Positions 47,029-56,204 of a stretch of DNA of 64,000 nt are shown piece after piece. Origin of the DNA: a virus (Duplodnaviria > Heunggongvirae > Uroviricota > Caudoviricetes > Herelleviridae). The translations under genes were made by a program, and so were the position numbers. The stretch covers positions 68,381 to 132,380 of IMG/VR virus record IMGVR_UViG_2595698877_000001, one strand, 5' to 3'. The notes beneath the pieces were generated by a model that was not told the DNA's origin, did no database searches, and was given only the letters and a program-made list of their open reading frames with translations. Positions within the stretch are counted from its first letter, which is position 1. Every line of letters begins with the position of its first letter.

Positions 47029-48342
47029 TTGACGAACAAGAAAGACACAAGAACGGTAGAGGGATACTTAGGTGCATCTGCGGTTATCATCGGATACTTA
47101 AAGCGAGAGCGCGGACAAGTTCCTGTATCAGCTTTCAATAAGTTATTTAAGGAGATTGGGTACGAAAGTGTAACTCTTAAAGATTTACAAGAGATTTCTA
47201 CTCATATCAACGATACTGAGACGTTAAACCATATATATAACTTAGCTTTACAAGGGAGTATCACATTAGACAACATTCCTCGCGCTAATAGTGGTGATGA
47301 GGACGAAGAAAGTGAGCCTAAGTTAACTGAGAAAGATGTATTCCCGATGGTAACACCATACATAACTGAAAAAGAGAATAACATGGCAAACCTTCGTGAG
47401 TTCCGTAAGATGCAACGTGACGGTACCGCGATGAAGTTACTCTTCGAGAGCCTTAAAAAAGAGCTGATTGAGGAGCTTAAAGACCTACCTAAAGCTAAAT
47501 ACATTACCACGGAGAGAAAACCGCCACAGCAGGGCGACAAGAGCCTTATTCTGTGCTTTAGTGATTGGCATGTGGGGATGTATGTCATTAACGAAACAAC
47601 AGGTGGATACAACTTTGATATGTTGACAAGCTATGTGGATAACATCGTGGATGAAACATTGCGATTAGTAAAAGAACAGGACATCAAACACTTATACGTG
47701 TACAACTTAGGGGATATTACAGAACATATCAACATGCGTAATGTAAACCAAGCGTTCGATGCAGAGATGCACTTGTCACAGCAGATTGCAACTGCTACAC
47801 GATTAACGGTAGACATTCTAAGTAAGCTATCAAAACATCTACACGTTACATACACTCAAATTGCTGGTAATCATGATAGAATGCAAACTTCTAAGAATGA
47901 TGTAATCAGTGGAGATAGCACAGCATATATCTTACTCTCTACTTTAATCATGCTGCAAGAGGATTTAGGACAACTTCCTAATGTTACTGTAGTAGATAAT
48001 CGTGAATCTATGTACGCACATACACAAGAGATTGCAGGATTAACAGTAAAAGCGGTACATGGTGACAAAGAGAAGAAAGGTTTACATAACATTATCGGAA
48101 AGCATGTTAAAACTAAGCTTATTGATTTAATTATTATGGGTCACTTCCATTCTACTTTAATCCAACAAGAGGATTACGCACGATACAAAGTGGTAGTAGG
48201 TAGCCCGCAAGGAGAAAATGACTTCTCTAAAGATAACAACATGTCTTCAAGTTTTGGCTCCCAGATGATTATTATCCTAGAAGAAGGGCGTAAGTCTCCA
48301 GTATTTTACCCAATTATGTTAAAAGAAGGAGAGATTATATAA
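47029..48342 (+). CDS. calcineurin-like metallophosphoesterase with N-terminal extension (437 aa)
   Basis: TTG start after AAAGGAGGAG. Motifs GDITEH, GNHDRMQ, HGDKEKK and GHFH. Confidence 0.55.
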   Translation: MTNKKDTRTVEGYLGASAVIIGYLKRERGQVPVSAFNKLFKEIGYESVTLKDLQEISTHINDTETLNHIYNLALQGSITLDNIPRANSGDEDEESEPKLTEKDVFPMVTPYITEKENNMANLREFRKMQRDGTAMKLLFESLKKELIEELKDLPKAKYITTERKPPQQGDKSLILCFSDWHVGMYVINETTGGYNFDMLTSYVDNIVDETLRLVKEQDIKHLYVYNLGDITEHINMRNVNQAFDAEMHLSQQIATATRLTVDILSKLSKHLHVTYTQIAGNHDRMQTSKNDVISGDSTAYILLSTLIMLQEDLGQLPNVTVVDNRESMYAHTQEIAGLTVKAVHGDKEKKGLHNIIGKHVKTKLIDLIIMGHFHSTLIQQEDYARYKVVVGSPQGENDFSKDNNMSSSFGSQMIIILEEGRKSPVFYPIMLKEGEII

Positions 48343-48693
48343 ATGACTATGTTTGCAGAAGGTTTAGGTAATGGTAGTATTATACCACCGACGTTAGAAG
48401 AGTTAAGAGAAGAGAAGGTAGGAGTAAGTGTTACTACTACCCACGAGTTAACACTAATATTACCGAGTGGAATAAGTACCCTTAAATTCGGTGAAAGACC
48501 TAGCCACGAACTGATTCGACAATTAATTGACCTTACAGGAGCTTACAAAGGGAAGTTACAAGAAGTACGAACTACTGAAACCGAGTATCAAGGTAAAGAG
48601 CCGTACACGTTAAAAATCGATTTAGATAAAATTAAAACAGGCTGGGTATTGAACAACCAATCTACTTTATTAGGAGGGGAAGTAAAATGGTAA
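48343..48693 (+). CDS. hypothetical protein, paralogue family member A
   Basis: Shares the PxTLEELR...THEL N-terminal motif with 48687-49076 and the GGE(V/L)KW motif with 50105-50725. Confidence 0.45.
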   Translation: MTMFAEGLGNGSIIPPTLEELREEKVGVSVTTTHELTLILPSGISTLKFGERPSHELIRQLIDLTGAYKGKLQEVRTTETEYQGKEPYTLKIDLDKIKTGWVLNNQSTLLGGEVKW

Positions 48694-49076
48694 AACAAGC
48701 ACAAATCGGTAGCATCATGCCAAAGACTTTAGAAGAGTTAAGAGGAGAGGCACCCGTATTAGCGAAATGGTATAAAACACTTAAGGTTACTCACGAGCTT
48801 GTTATTCAACTAGGTGGTAATGCTACTATAACTATCCCATTAAAGAAATACCCTACAGATGAAGAGGTAGCAACAGCAGTAAAAATAGCAGGAGGGCGCG
48901 GGGCGAAAATAGTAACTACTTCTGTAGAAACAAAACCTTACGAGTTAATTGATGCAGAAGACGTTGACATGCACTACGGGTACCACGATGAGTTACGAGA
49001 TTCCCCAGTTCATATATTTAGTACTGCTGAGATTCGAAAAGCTGTTCTTGAACGTATGAAGGAGGACATGGAGTGA
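48687..49076 (+). CDS. hypothetical protein, paralogue family member B
   Basis: MPKTLEELRGE...VTHEL. GGAGGGGAAG RBS. Confidence 0.45.
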   Translation: MVKQAQIGSIMPKTLEELRGEAPVLAKWYKTLKVTHELVIQLGGNATITIPLKKYPTDEEVATAVKIAGGRGAKIVTTSVETKPYELIDAEDVDMHYGYHDELRDSPVHIFSTAEIRKAVLERMKEDME

Positions 49077-49462
49077 CATTATCAACTACTTATCTAGTAC
49101 TTCTAGCTTGTCTGGGAGCTAGTATTGTAATTAAGTACACCGAAAACATTCTTGGTTTAATTCAAGAGGTTAAGGCGATTAAAGCAAAAGGTGAAACACC
49201 ATTAACTGGTCAAACAGTAGGTTGCATCGCTGTAGGGTTTGCAGTTGAACTAGGAACCTCTACACTTCTGGTAATGTTATTGAACGATAGATGGGATTTA
49301 CCTGCTAACTTATGGGCGCTAGTATTATTTATCGGTATTTACGTGATTCGTAATATAGCTGCTTATCTAGTTGTATGGGGATACTGGTCTGTTATCGTTA
49401 AACTAGGCACGAAGAAAGTGAAACAAGAATTACTAGAAGAAATCGGAGAAGAGGGGAAATAA
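49073..49462 (+). CDS. membrane protein (3-4 TM)
   Basis: GTG start overlapping the upstream stop. Hydrophobic helices. Confidence 0.45.
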   Translation: MTLSTTYLVLLACLGASIVIKYTENILGLIQEVKAIKAKGETPLTGQTVGCIAVGFAVELGTSTLLVMLLNDRWDLPANLWALVLFIGIYVIRNIAAYLVVWGYWSVIVKLGTKKVKQELLEEIGEEGK

Positions 49463-49477
49463 CCTCTTCTTTTTCTT
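49447..49477 (+). terminator. rho-independent terminator
   Basis: 8-bp stem AGAAGAGG/CCTCTTCT followed by T-rich sequence. Confidence 0.65.
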
Positions 49478-49478
49478 G

Positions 49479-49507
49479 TTGACAAGCAGTAAATAGAGTG
49501 ATAGTAT
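49479..49507 (+). promoter_or_regulatory. sigma-A-type promoter TTGACA-17-TAGTAT
   Basis: TTGACA at 49479-49484. A second TATAAT at 49514-49519. Confidence 0.55.
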
Positions 49508-49538
49508 TACATTATAATATGAGAGGAGGAAAAGAAAT

Positions 49539-49778
49539 ATGAGTAAAGTAGTAAGAACGAATGGTAGTGTGCAAAGTACATATGAAGTCATAGTAGGTAA
49601 TGATTATGCAGAGGTAGCGGTAAATGAGTCGAGAAATAAAACGATATCGGTAAAAGGGGAACCAACAACAGAACAATTACAGCATATCCTTGAAATGACT
49701 GGGTGTGAGTTGGTTAAAGTTATCGAAAATACTACAGCAACTACGATGTACAAGTATAAAGATGGGTGGGATTTATGA
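49539..49778 (+). CDS. hypothetical protein, paralogue family member C
   Basis: TISVKGEPTTEQLQHILEMTG resembles LKFGERPSHELIRQLIDLTG of member A. Confidence 0.4.
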   Translation: MSKVVRTNGSVQSTYEVIVGNDYAEVAVNESRNKTISVKGEPTTEQLQHILEMTGCELVKVIENTTATTMYKYKDGWDL

Positions 49779-49779
49779 T

Positions 49780-50115
49780 ATGTTTGAATTTCTAAAAAGA
49801 AAGCGTTGTCCACAATGCGGAGAAGAACTACGGATGTTCAAAGAGGTAGATTATTGCTCGTTAAATTGTGCGGCTATAGCTAAGTCTCATGAATTAGACG
49901 CAACCCAATACATAACAAACCCTGCAATAGATGTAATACATGATGCGACATGCGAGGTAAAAGGGTTTAAACCAGATGCAGCAGAGGTAGTCAGAATATA
50001 TAGAAGAATACCAGAACGCATACATAATGAAGCTAGAACATGGGGATGGCAAGATACACTAGTACGAGAGAGTGTATATGAATTTTTGGAAGGAGAGTTG
50101 AAGTGTGAAGAATGA
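49780..50115 (+). CDS. small zinc-ribbon protein (111 aa)
   Basis: CPQCGEE...CSLNC. ATG 2 nt after the upstream stop. Confidence 0.4.
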   Translation: MFEFLKRKRCPQCGEELRMFKEVDYCSLNCAAIAKSHELDATQYITNPAIDVIHDATCEVKGFKPDAAEVVRIYRRIPERIHNEARTWGWQDTLVRESVYEFLEGELKCEE

Positions 50116-50725
50116 ACAAGATATATTCTCGCTATCTAACAAGCACTTAACGTATTACAAACGCGGTGCCTTAACAGTTAATGGAGAGCCACTTTATATT
50201 GTCGAACTGGTGAAAGAGCCGGGGGCGGCTTTATACGCAGTTGTATACGATGTACATAAGCCACATCCAGTAGGACAAGGTATTAAACCGAAAAAGAAAG
50301 CTAGAAAAGTGTCAACTAAGATTAACACATTTAGTACAAAGACAGTACTAGGTAGAATTGCAAATAGCGTGATTCCATCTAAGAAGCAAGAGTCATGGGT
50401 AGAGGAACCACCTTTATTTATTGCCCCAATCGTACCGAACGGGATATCAACTTTAACAGGTAAGCGTGAAGATGGATTCTTTGAGAGAGAAAGAGACACA
50501 CAACGTAGTATTGGTGGAGAATTAAAATGGGAACGCGGAGAAAATACAGGCGTATTCATTGGACTTTCATCTATCACATGGTTTGAAGACCTATCTATTC
50601 CAGTAGAATCTATCGTAAAAGCTCTTATTAGAGAACAACAAGAGCAGAGTGACTTCTTCGACCTTACAGGTAACAATGAAGATAGCTCTAATCCGCTATC
50701 AAGATACTACAAAAGTTTAGAATAA
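50105..50725 (+). CDS. hypothetical protein, paralogue family member D
   Basis: PNGISTLTGKRED and GGELKW motifs shared with member A. GTG start. Confidence 0.4.
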   Translation: MKNEQDIFSLSNKHLTYYKRGALTVNGEPLYIVELVKEPGAALYAVVYDVHKPHPVGQGIKPKKKARKVSTKINTFSTKTVLGRIANSVIPSKKQESWVEEPPLFIAPIVPNGISTLTGKREDGFFERERDTQRSIGGELKWERGENTGVFIGLSSITWFEDLSIPVESIVKALIREQQEQSDFFDLTGNNEDSSNPLSRYYKSLE

Positions 50726-50730
50726 AGTTG

Positions 50731-50759
50731 TTGACTTTTAGGAAATGATAGTTTACTAT
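50731..50759 (+). promoter_or_regulatory. sigma-A-type promoter TTGACT-17-TACTAT
   Basis: TTGTTGACTTT context, as in the other early promoters. Confidence 0.55.
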
Positions 50760-50790
50760 AAAGATATAAGATATTAAAGGGGGAGCCAAA

Positions 50791-51198
50791 ATGGATTTAC
50801 TAGGATTTTTAAAGAAGAAGTTGTACCGTAAGGAATGCTGGGCGGAAGTACCGTTCAGAGGATTCGTATTCTTACCGGAAGGTAACTATCCAGCAGATAT
50901 CTATACGGTAGCAGTTAAAGAGAAAAAGAAGTTATTCGGTAAAGAAGAGTATTATCTAGAGTATGAAATTTTCTTGGACGAGCCAATCCCGGTACCTTCA
51001 CCAAAAGATGGAAGCGTTCCGATGAACTTGTTCCAACAGAAGGTAAGAGGAGCTACTGGTTATAAACAAGCCTTAAGTTGGTTAGGTAATCACGTCGAGT
51101 GGAGACGAATGATGGAAGGTAAAGAAGGATGGGACAAGAACATTACATACAAGAATGTAGAATTTGATAAGCCGCTATTCGGAGCGGACGCGGAGTGA
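50791..51198 (+). CDS. hypothetical protein (135 aa)
   Basis: GGGGGAG RBS. Confidence 0.45.
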   Translation: MDLLGFLKKKLYRKECWAEVPFRGFVFLPEGNYPADIYTVAVKEKKKLFGKEEYYLEYEIFLDEPIPVPSPKDGSVPMNLFQQKVRGATGYKQALSWLGNHVEWRRMMEGKEGWDKNITYKNVEFDKPLFGADAE

Positions 51199-51202
51199 TT
51201 AA

Positions 51203-51916
51203 ATGGCTAAAAAGTTTTATGAACAAGATATTAAGGAGTTAATCCTAAATAAAAGGCATGTGTTCATCAAGGACAAGTCTACAAAGTCAATTGTGCTATT
51301 TGAAAAAGCAATAGACATTGGTAGCTGTATCGCGGATTGTCTTATCTTCACTGAGAATGAGTTAATTGGTGTAGAGATTAAGACCGAGAGAGACAGTACG
51401 AAGCGACTAAATAACCAGCTAAAGAGCTACAGTACAATTTGTGATAGAGTTTATGTTCTGGTACATGATAAACATGTAGAGAAGACAGAAGAGATTCTAG
51501 AACGAAATGGTCACGGTCATGTAGGTATTGTAAGTTACACAGAGTTCCGTGAAGAGCCTGTAGTTGGTATCTATAAGGAAAGTTATAAATCTCCTAAGAA
51601 GAACGTATACACGATGTATCACTCGTTACTCTGGAAGGATGAAGTCAACCAGCTTTTAGGTTCTATGAAGAGACAGGTGGCTACTCTAGAAGAGTTTGGG
51701 TTAAATGTATCTACAGCAGATAGTCGTAACGAGAAAGGGCTTAACGGGCTTCTAGTACAGTCTATGGCTAGTAAACGTCTTCGTAAAGGTGACATGATTA
51801 AAATGATTATAGGTAGATTAGGAGAAACGAAATCAAATTCGCTCCTATGCAATATATACATAAACAAGAAGTTACACATTGAGAAGAATTTAAGGTATTA
51901 CCATTTCAAAAACTAA
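51203..51916 (+). CDS. PD-(D/E)xK nuclease-fold protein (237 aa)
   Basis: IADCLIF...ELIGVEIKTERD gives a D...ExK arrangement. Confidence 0.35.
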   Translation: MAKKFYEQDIKELILNKRHVFIKDKSTKSIVLFEKAIDIGSCIADCLIFTENELIGVEIKTERDSTKRLNNQLKSYSTICDRVYVLVHDKHVEKTEEILERNGHGHVGIVSYTEFREEPVVGIYKESYKSPKKNVYTMYHSLLWKDEVNQLLGSMKRQVATLEEFGLNVSTADSRNEKGLNGLLVQSMASKRLRKGDMIKMIIGRLGETKSNSLLCNIYINKKLHIEKNLRYYHFKN

Positions 51917-51928
51917 GGGGGAATTATA

Positions 51929-52240
51929 ATGTTAGGTGTATTCAAAATGAATGACTATGACTGGGTTTGCGCTTATTCAGAAAGACAAGCGAAACGATTC
52001 TATATTGAAGATGTAGGAATTAGTAGAGAAGATATGGAAGAAGACTACGTTGGTGAAGTGCCTTTAACAGACACAATGTTATTCCATGAAGAAGATGTAC
52101 CAGAGTTAGATGAGAAGATGTACAATTTCACTAAAGAATTTTGGTATGGGGAAGAGTACTATCGTGTACCTTTCTGGTGGGTTATTCTTCAAATGGGTAC
52201 AAACGAACCATACCTTATCGCTAGTACGGAAGCAATGTAA
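51929..52240 (+). CDS. hypothetical acidic protein (103 aa)
   Basis: GGGGGAA RBS. Confidence 0.4.
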   Translation: MLGVFKMNDYDWVCAYSERQAKRFYIEDVGISREDMEEDYVGEVPLTDTMLFHEEDVPELDEKMYNFTKEFWYGEEYYRVPFWWVILQMGTNEPYLIASTEAM

Positions 52241-52258
52241 ATAGGGGGAGGAGAAACA

Positions 52259-52942
52259 ATGACAAGCATTACGATTACATATGATTATAATAATGATGCA
52301 GACATTAACGAGGCGTTAGAAATATTAGTAGCGTTAGGAGAACTTAATTATTGTGTAGAGAGCAGACCGAGTAAAGGCTCGTTACAACTAAAGAAAGTGC
52401 ATCAAGAAGTAGTATCTATGGATTTATTAGATAGAATTGCAGCAGCAGAACAGAAGATTACAGATGATAGTATTCTATTAACTAAAACAGAAGTAGAGTT
52501 TGAAGGTTTAACTAAATCTCCTGTTTTATCTCGTCCAGCGCCTCGGGTATTTTGTATCGGCGGTGAGTACATAGTAGCATACAGTAAATACGATGCTGTT
52601 AACTTCCTTGTAAAAAGAGATAGACTACCGCATAAGGACATAGATGCTAAATTCTCACACGAAAGTACAATAGACCAAAGTAGCGCTCTGATGCCATCTT
52701 ACATGGTAAAAGGTAAATTTAAAGAAGAACTTACCTTAGACTTCCCTTCTGGTGTCCGTGCAGAGTGGATTAACGGAGATTGCTACTACGACTTGATGTT
52801 TGACTACGTAATAAATATGGTTGACTTCATGGAGCCTTTTAAATTAGCTAGTATCGAAACCATCTACGGAGAAACTAAAGTTGTGTATACAAACATTATA
52901 CCTAATGTAGTAGAGGGACATCTAAGTGAGAAAGGAGAATAG
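52259..52942 (+). CDS. hypothetical protein (227 aa)
   Basis: GGGGGAGGAGAA RBS. Confidence 0.45.
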   Translation: MTSITITYDYNNDADINEALEILVALGELNYCVESRPSKGSLQLKKVHQEVVSMDLLDRIAAAEQKITDDSILLTKTEVEFEGLTKSPVLSRPAPRVFCIGGEYIVAYSKYDAVNFLVKRDRLPHKDIDAKFSHESTIDQSSALMPSYMVKGKFKEELTLDFPSGVRAEWINGDCYYDLMFDYVINMVDFMEPFKLASIETIYGETKVVYTNIIPNVVEGHLSEKGE

Positions 52943-53441
52943 CGCTCGTAGAAGTATAGCGCGTGGTGTTAACGCTAGAACGTTTAATACAGGACTAAAT
53001 GACAACGGCGCAGAAGCCTATAATAATGCTCTAAAGAAGAAAGAGGGTAAGTACAAGCCCTCTTTTGTAGAGCCTTATGACAACCTGACAGAGCGTGAAG
53101 TGGCTTTAAAGCTAGAATATGCCAAAGACTTACTTTCTAAGCATCTAGGAGTCACCAGAGAGCTAATTAAACTAGAAACAAAGCGTAGTAAGAAGGTAAC
53201 TACATTAACCAGTCTTGATGAAGTATACTATGTTAAAGTTGGTACAAGTATTCTAGGTAAGATGTCTATTCGTACCCAGCGTACATGGAAATCTACAAGC
53301 CTACTATTTGTGTATCAAGAGAAACAAGTAATGGCGCAAGAAGGTAAAGGTGCATTCAGTAAAACGAATGTGAAAAAGAAATCGAAAGGTGTGCAAGCAC
53401 ATGACAAACGAAAATCATACAACAAAAACAACCGTAAATGA
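52926..53441 (+). CDS. basic Lys-rich protein (171 aa)
   Basis: GTG start. C-terminus KKKSKGVQAHDKRKSYNKNNRK. Confidence 0.35.
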   Translation: MRKENSARRSIARGVNARTFNTGLNDNGAEAYNNALKKKEGKYKPSFVEPYDNLTEREVALKLEYAKDLLSKHLGVTRELIKLETKRSKKVTTLTSLDEVYYVKVGTSILGKMSIRTQRTWKSTSLLFVYQEKQVMAQEGKGAFSKTNVKKKSKGVQAHDKRKSYNKNNRK

Positions 53442-54279
53442 GGGATTAGTACGATTAAAAGAATTACTAGAAGACAAGACGAAGAAGGTACACGGTATTT
53501 CATATTTCAATGACTTCTTTTCTAAACCACATCTAGTACGTTCTCATATCTTGAAGGATGAGGTATTACTAGAAGAAGATGAACTTCGCATTGGATTCTT
53601 TATGCGAGTTGATTACAATTCATTTGTAGAGCTAGAGAATACATTAGAGTGGTTAGTAATGAACGAAGCTGGAGATATTCCGGGATACATTACAGAAGGA
53701 GACGTACTAGATAAACCACACCTAGAGGAGCGTGTATCAGAAGGATTGAGCTTATTTACAGCAGATGTAATTCTAAACATGAAATCTCCTAAAGTATTAT
53801 TTACTGATATAGATATTGCAGGACAGACGTTCACGATTGTTCAAGTAATCAATCAGTTACCGCTAGGTGAAGATGACAGTGTAGTCCAATGTGTGAAGTT
53901 ATTATTTGGTTCTGCTGATAAGTTTAGCTTCCTATCTCACTTCGTTGGTAAAAAGCTAACAAACGGAGATGGATTAAAAATACTAGACCTTATTGAAGAA
54001 GACAACTTACTAGGTAAAGCGATTCAAGGTGCAGGATTCCGTGATAGTAATAAAGGTCACAGTACTTTCATTGGTTCTCATTCTGAGATGATTCAAGTAA
54101 CTAGATTATTCAGTGGCGGTTACTTCTTCCGTTCAGAGGTGTCTACGTTAGAGCTTCGCAAAGAATTACTAGAGACATTAAGTTTTTCAGTAGAAGCAGA
54201 AGTAACGTCTCAATCGCATCGATTAAACTTCTTTAACAAAAGAAAAGGAATAGAGCTTTCCATTTACTTAGAAATCTGA
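53401..54279 (+). CDS. hypothetical protein (292 aa)
   Basis: ATG at 53401, overlapping the upstream gene by 41 nt. Confidence 0.45.
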   Translation: MTNENHTTKTTVNEGLVRLKELLEDKTKKVHGISYFNDFFSKPHLVRSHILKDEVLLEEDELRIGFFMRVDYNSFVELENTLEWLVMNEAGDIPGYITEGDVLDKPHLEERVSEGLSLFTADVILNMKSPKVLFTDIDIAGQTFTIVQVINQLPLGEDDSVVQCVKLLFGSADKFSFLSHFVGKKLTNGDGLKILDLIEEDNLLGKAIQGAGFRDSNKGHSTFIGSHSEMIQVTRLFSGGYFFRSEVSTLELRKELLETLSFSVEAEVTSQSHRLNFFNKRKGIELSIYLEI

Positions 54280-54402
54280 TATAATAATCTTGTGCTACCA
54301 ACACATAGCACATCCAAACGAGTAGGGTGATTCGTTTTTGGGTGGAATAGAGATGAATAGCAATAATTAATGTGAAACTGTGGGAGGTTTTACATTACAA
54401 AA

Positions 54403-54429
54403 GCTCCACTATTTAGTGGGGTTTTTTTG
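54403..54429 (+). terminator. rho-independent terminator (CTCCACTA-TTT-AGTGGGG + T7)
   Basis: Located in the intergenic region; hairpin followed by TTTTTTT. Confidence 0.55.
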
Positions 54430-54514
54430 TTTGCGCTAAACGAGATTCTGTTGACTAATCGTAAACAAAATGTTTCTATACAAGATACTAAATATTCTGT
54501 AAAATAAAAAGTAA

Positions 54515-54536
54515 CACTACCTAGTGGAGTTTTTTC
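54515..54536 (+). terminator. terminator-like hairpin (CACTA-CC-TAGTG + T6)
   Basis: Shares a CACTAnnTAGTGG core with the terminator at 54403-54429. Confidence 0.35.
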
Positions 54537-54700
54537 ACTTTTTCGTTTAATTTAGGAAATTGCTAATAGATTTATTATATTATAGATAGAGTGCAAAAAA
54601 GCCTATGACAATCGCATTCTTAGGAGGTAACTACCTCGTTTAATATATAGCAATATTCAAAAGGGTTAGAAAATAAAACGATGAAAAGGTGGAAAAATTC

Positions 54701-55396
54701 ATGTCAAAAGATAAAAAAACTTTAAGCTCTGGTAGTGTATTAGTTCAATTGTATAAGGATAAAAAGCTCTGCACGAAAGTAGATAACATGTTAGATGAAG
54801 GTAAAACATATGACTACATTATAGAGTTCTGTAAGGAGCAAGGTTTAAGCATCTCTAAAGCCTCTCTGACGAACTATAAAAAGAAAAGAGAAGAATCTAT
54901 TGAGACAGGCGTACCGTTGCTCCAGCTCTTAGATAAGCGCTCTAAAGACAACGTAACGTACATATCTGATAAACGTGTAGAAATGTTTAACGAACAGGAG
55001 AAAGAAAGCTACAATCCAATAGGAGCAATCGATAAAGTAGAGAAAGTGTTTAACGATATTGAGTTCCTTGATGAAGTTATCCATAAAGGATTTAAAGGGT
55101 TAGCTTCGTTCGATATTGTAGACATTCCTTTAGCAATGAAAGCGATGGAAATTAAAGCGAAGATTACCAATAATGCACTAGGTGGATTGAGCGTATCAGC
55201 ATTAAAAGAAATGGCAATCAAAGTACGTTGCAAGGAATCTGCTCTTACAGAAGTAGTCATGAAATACGTACCTGTAGAACAACACGAACAACTATTTGAA
55301 GACTTAGCAGCAGCAGAGCAAGAGTTCTATGACAACTTAGATTTAACTGAGATGGATAGAAAGACTAAGGAAGCTATGCAAGCGTTCGGACTATAA
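54701..55396 (+). CDS. HTH-containing protein (232 aa)
   Basis: ATG at 54701, 8 nt after AAAGGTGG. HTH-like FCKEQGLSISKASLTNYKKK. Confidence 0.45.
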   Translation: MSKDKKTLSSGSVLVQLYKDKKLCTKVDNMLDEGKTYDYIIEFCKEQGLSISKASLTNYKKKREESIETGVPLLQLLDKRSKDNVTYISDKRVEMFNEQEKESYNPIGAIDKVEKVFNDIEFLDEVIHKGFKGLASFDIVDIPLAMKAMEIKAKITNNALGGLSVSALKEMAIKVRCKESALTEVVMKYVPVEQHEQLFEDLAAAEQEFYDNLDLTEMDRKTKEAMQAFGL

Positions 55397-55408
55397 GGAG
55401 GGATTAAA

Positions 55409-55897
55409 TTGACGATACCGATTACAGAAGTAGCGGACTGGAAAGAGTTGAAATACGAAGTGTATCAAACGCTGGAAGATAAAGTTCTGGCGTTACTACG
55501 CGGAGAGATTATCTATATCAAAAACTATGAGAAGAACACAGGTACAAGTGTATTAGCTAGGTTAATGATAGAGAAAGGTTTTACGATACCACAAATTACA
55601 TACGATATATACGATACAAATGAAGAAGATAGATATTGGTTACGATTCAATATCGGATTAACCGACTTATCTCTATTAGATGTATATAAAGTAGATGACA
55701 CTAGTATTTTCCTTAAACCGAATAAATTCAAAGTAGGTGACAACGTAAGTTACACTTCTATAGATGGCACATTTGATACAGCTTATGTTATAGCAGTCTA
55801 CGAAAGAAAAGAAAATGAATTTGCTTATAAACTATCACGAGAGCCGAACGTACTATACGAAGAAAGCCTACTGGTATCAAGTAAATTCAAGCTTTAG
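55409..55897 (+). CDS. hypothetical protein (162 aa)
   Basis: TTG start after AAGGAGGGA. Confidence 0.4.
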   Translation: MTIPITEVADWKELKYEVYQTLEDKVLALLRGEIIYIKNYEKNTGTSVLARLMIEKGFTIPQITYDIYDTNEEDRYWLRFNIGLTDLSLLDVYKVDDTSIFLKPNKFKVGDNVSYTSIDGTFDTAYVIAVYERKENEFAYKLSREPNVLYEESLLVSSKFKL

Positions 55898-55928
55898 AAC
55901 AAGATGAAAAATTCTTGTTCTTTTTTTA
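55897..55928 (+). terminator. rho-independent terminator
   Basis: 7-bp stem GAACAAG/CTTGTTC followed by T7. Confidence 0.65.
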
Positions 55929-55938
55929 TGGAATAGTG

Positions 55939-55967
55939 TTGACTTAAAGTGAATACAATGATAAGAT
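55939..55967 (+). promoter_or_regulatory. sigma-A-type promoter TTGACT-17-TAAGAT
   Basis: TTGACTTAAAGT context identical to the promoter at 57702. Confidence 0.55.
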
Positions 55968-55998
55968 GTAATCAAGATAACGAAAGGGAGTTGAAGAG

Positions 55999-56184
55999 AT
56001 GGAAACTAAAACAGCATACGCGGTTTACGCATTAGAGTATGAAGAAGATAAAGAGTTAGTAATTGTTTTTGAACATGAGAACGAAGCTAACAAATATGCA
56101 GAAAAGTACAACAAAGTAGATGCAGATAAAATGATTCATTACTTCGTTAGTAAGGTACCATTCAAACCAAGAGAAATCTGGTAA
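55999..56184 (+). CDS. hypothetical protein (61 aa)
   Basis: AAGGGAG RBS 9 nt upstream. Confidence 0.4.
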   Translation: METKTAYAVYALEYEEDKELVIVFEHENEANKYAEKYNKVDADKMIHYFVSKVPFKPREIW

Positions 56185-56204
56185 ATTAAAAGGAGGAAAA
56201 TAGA

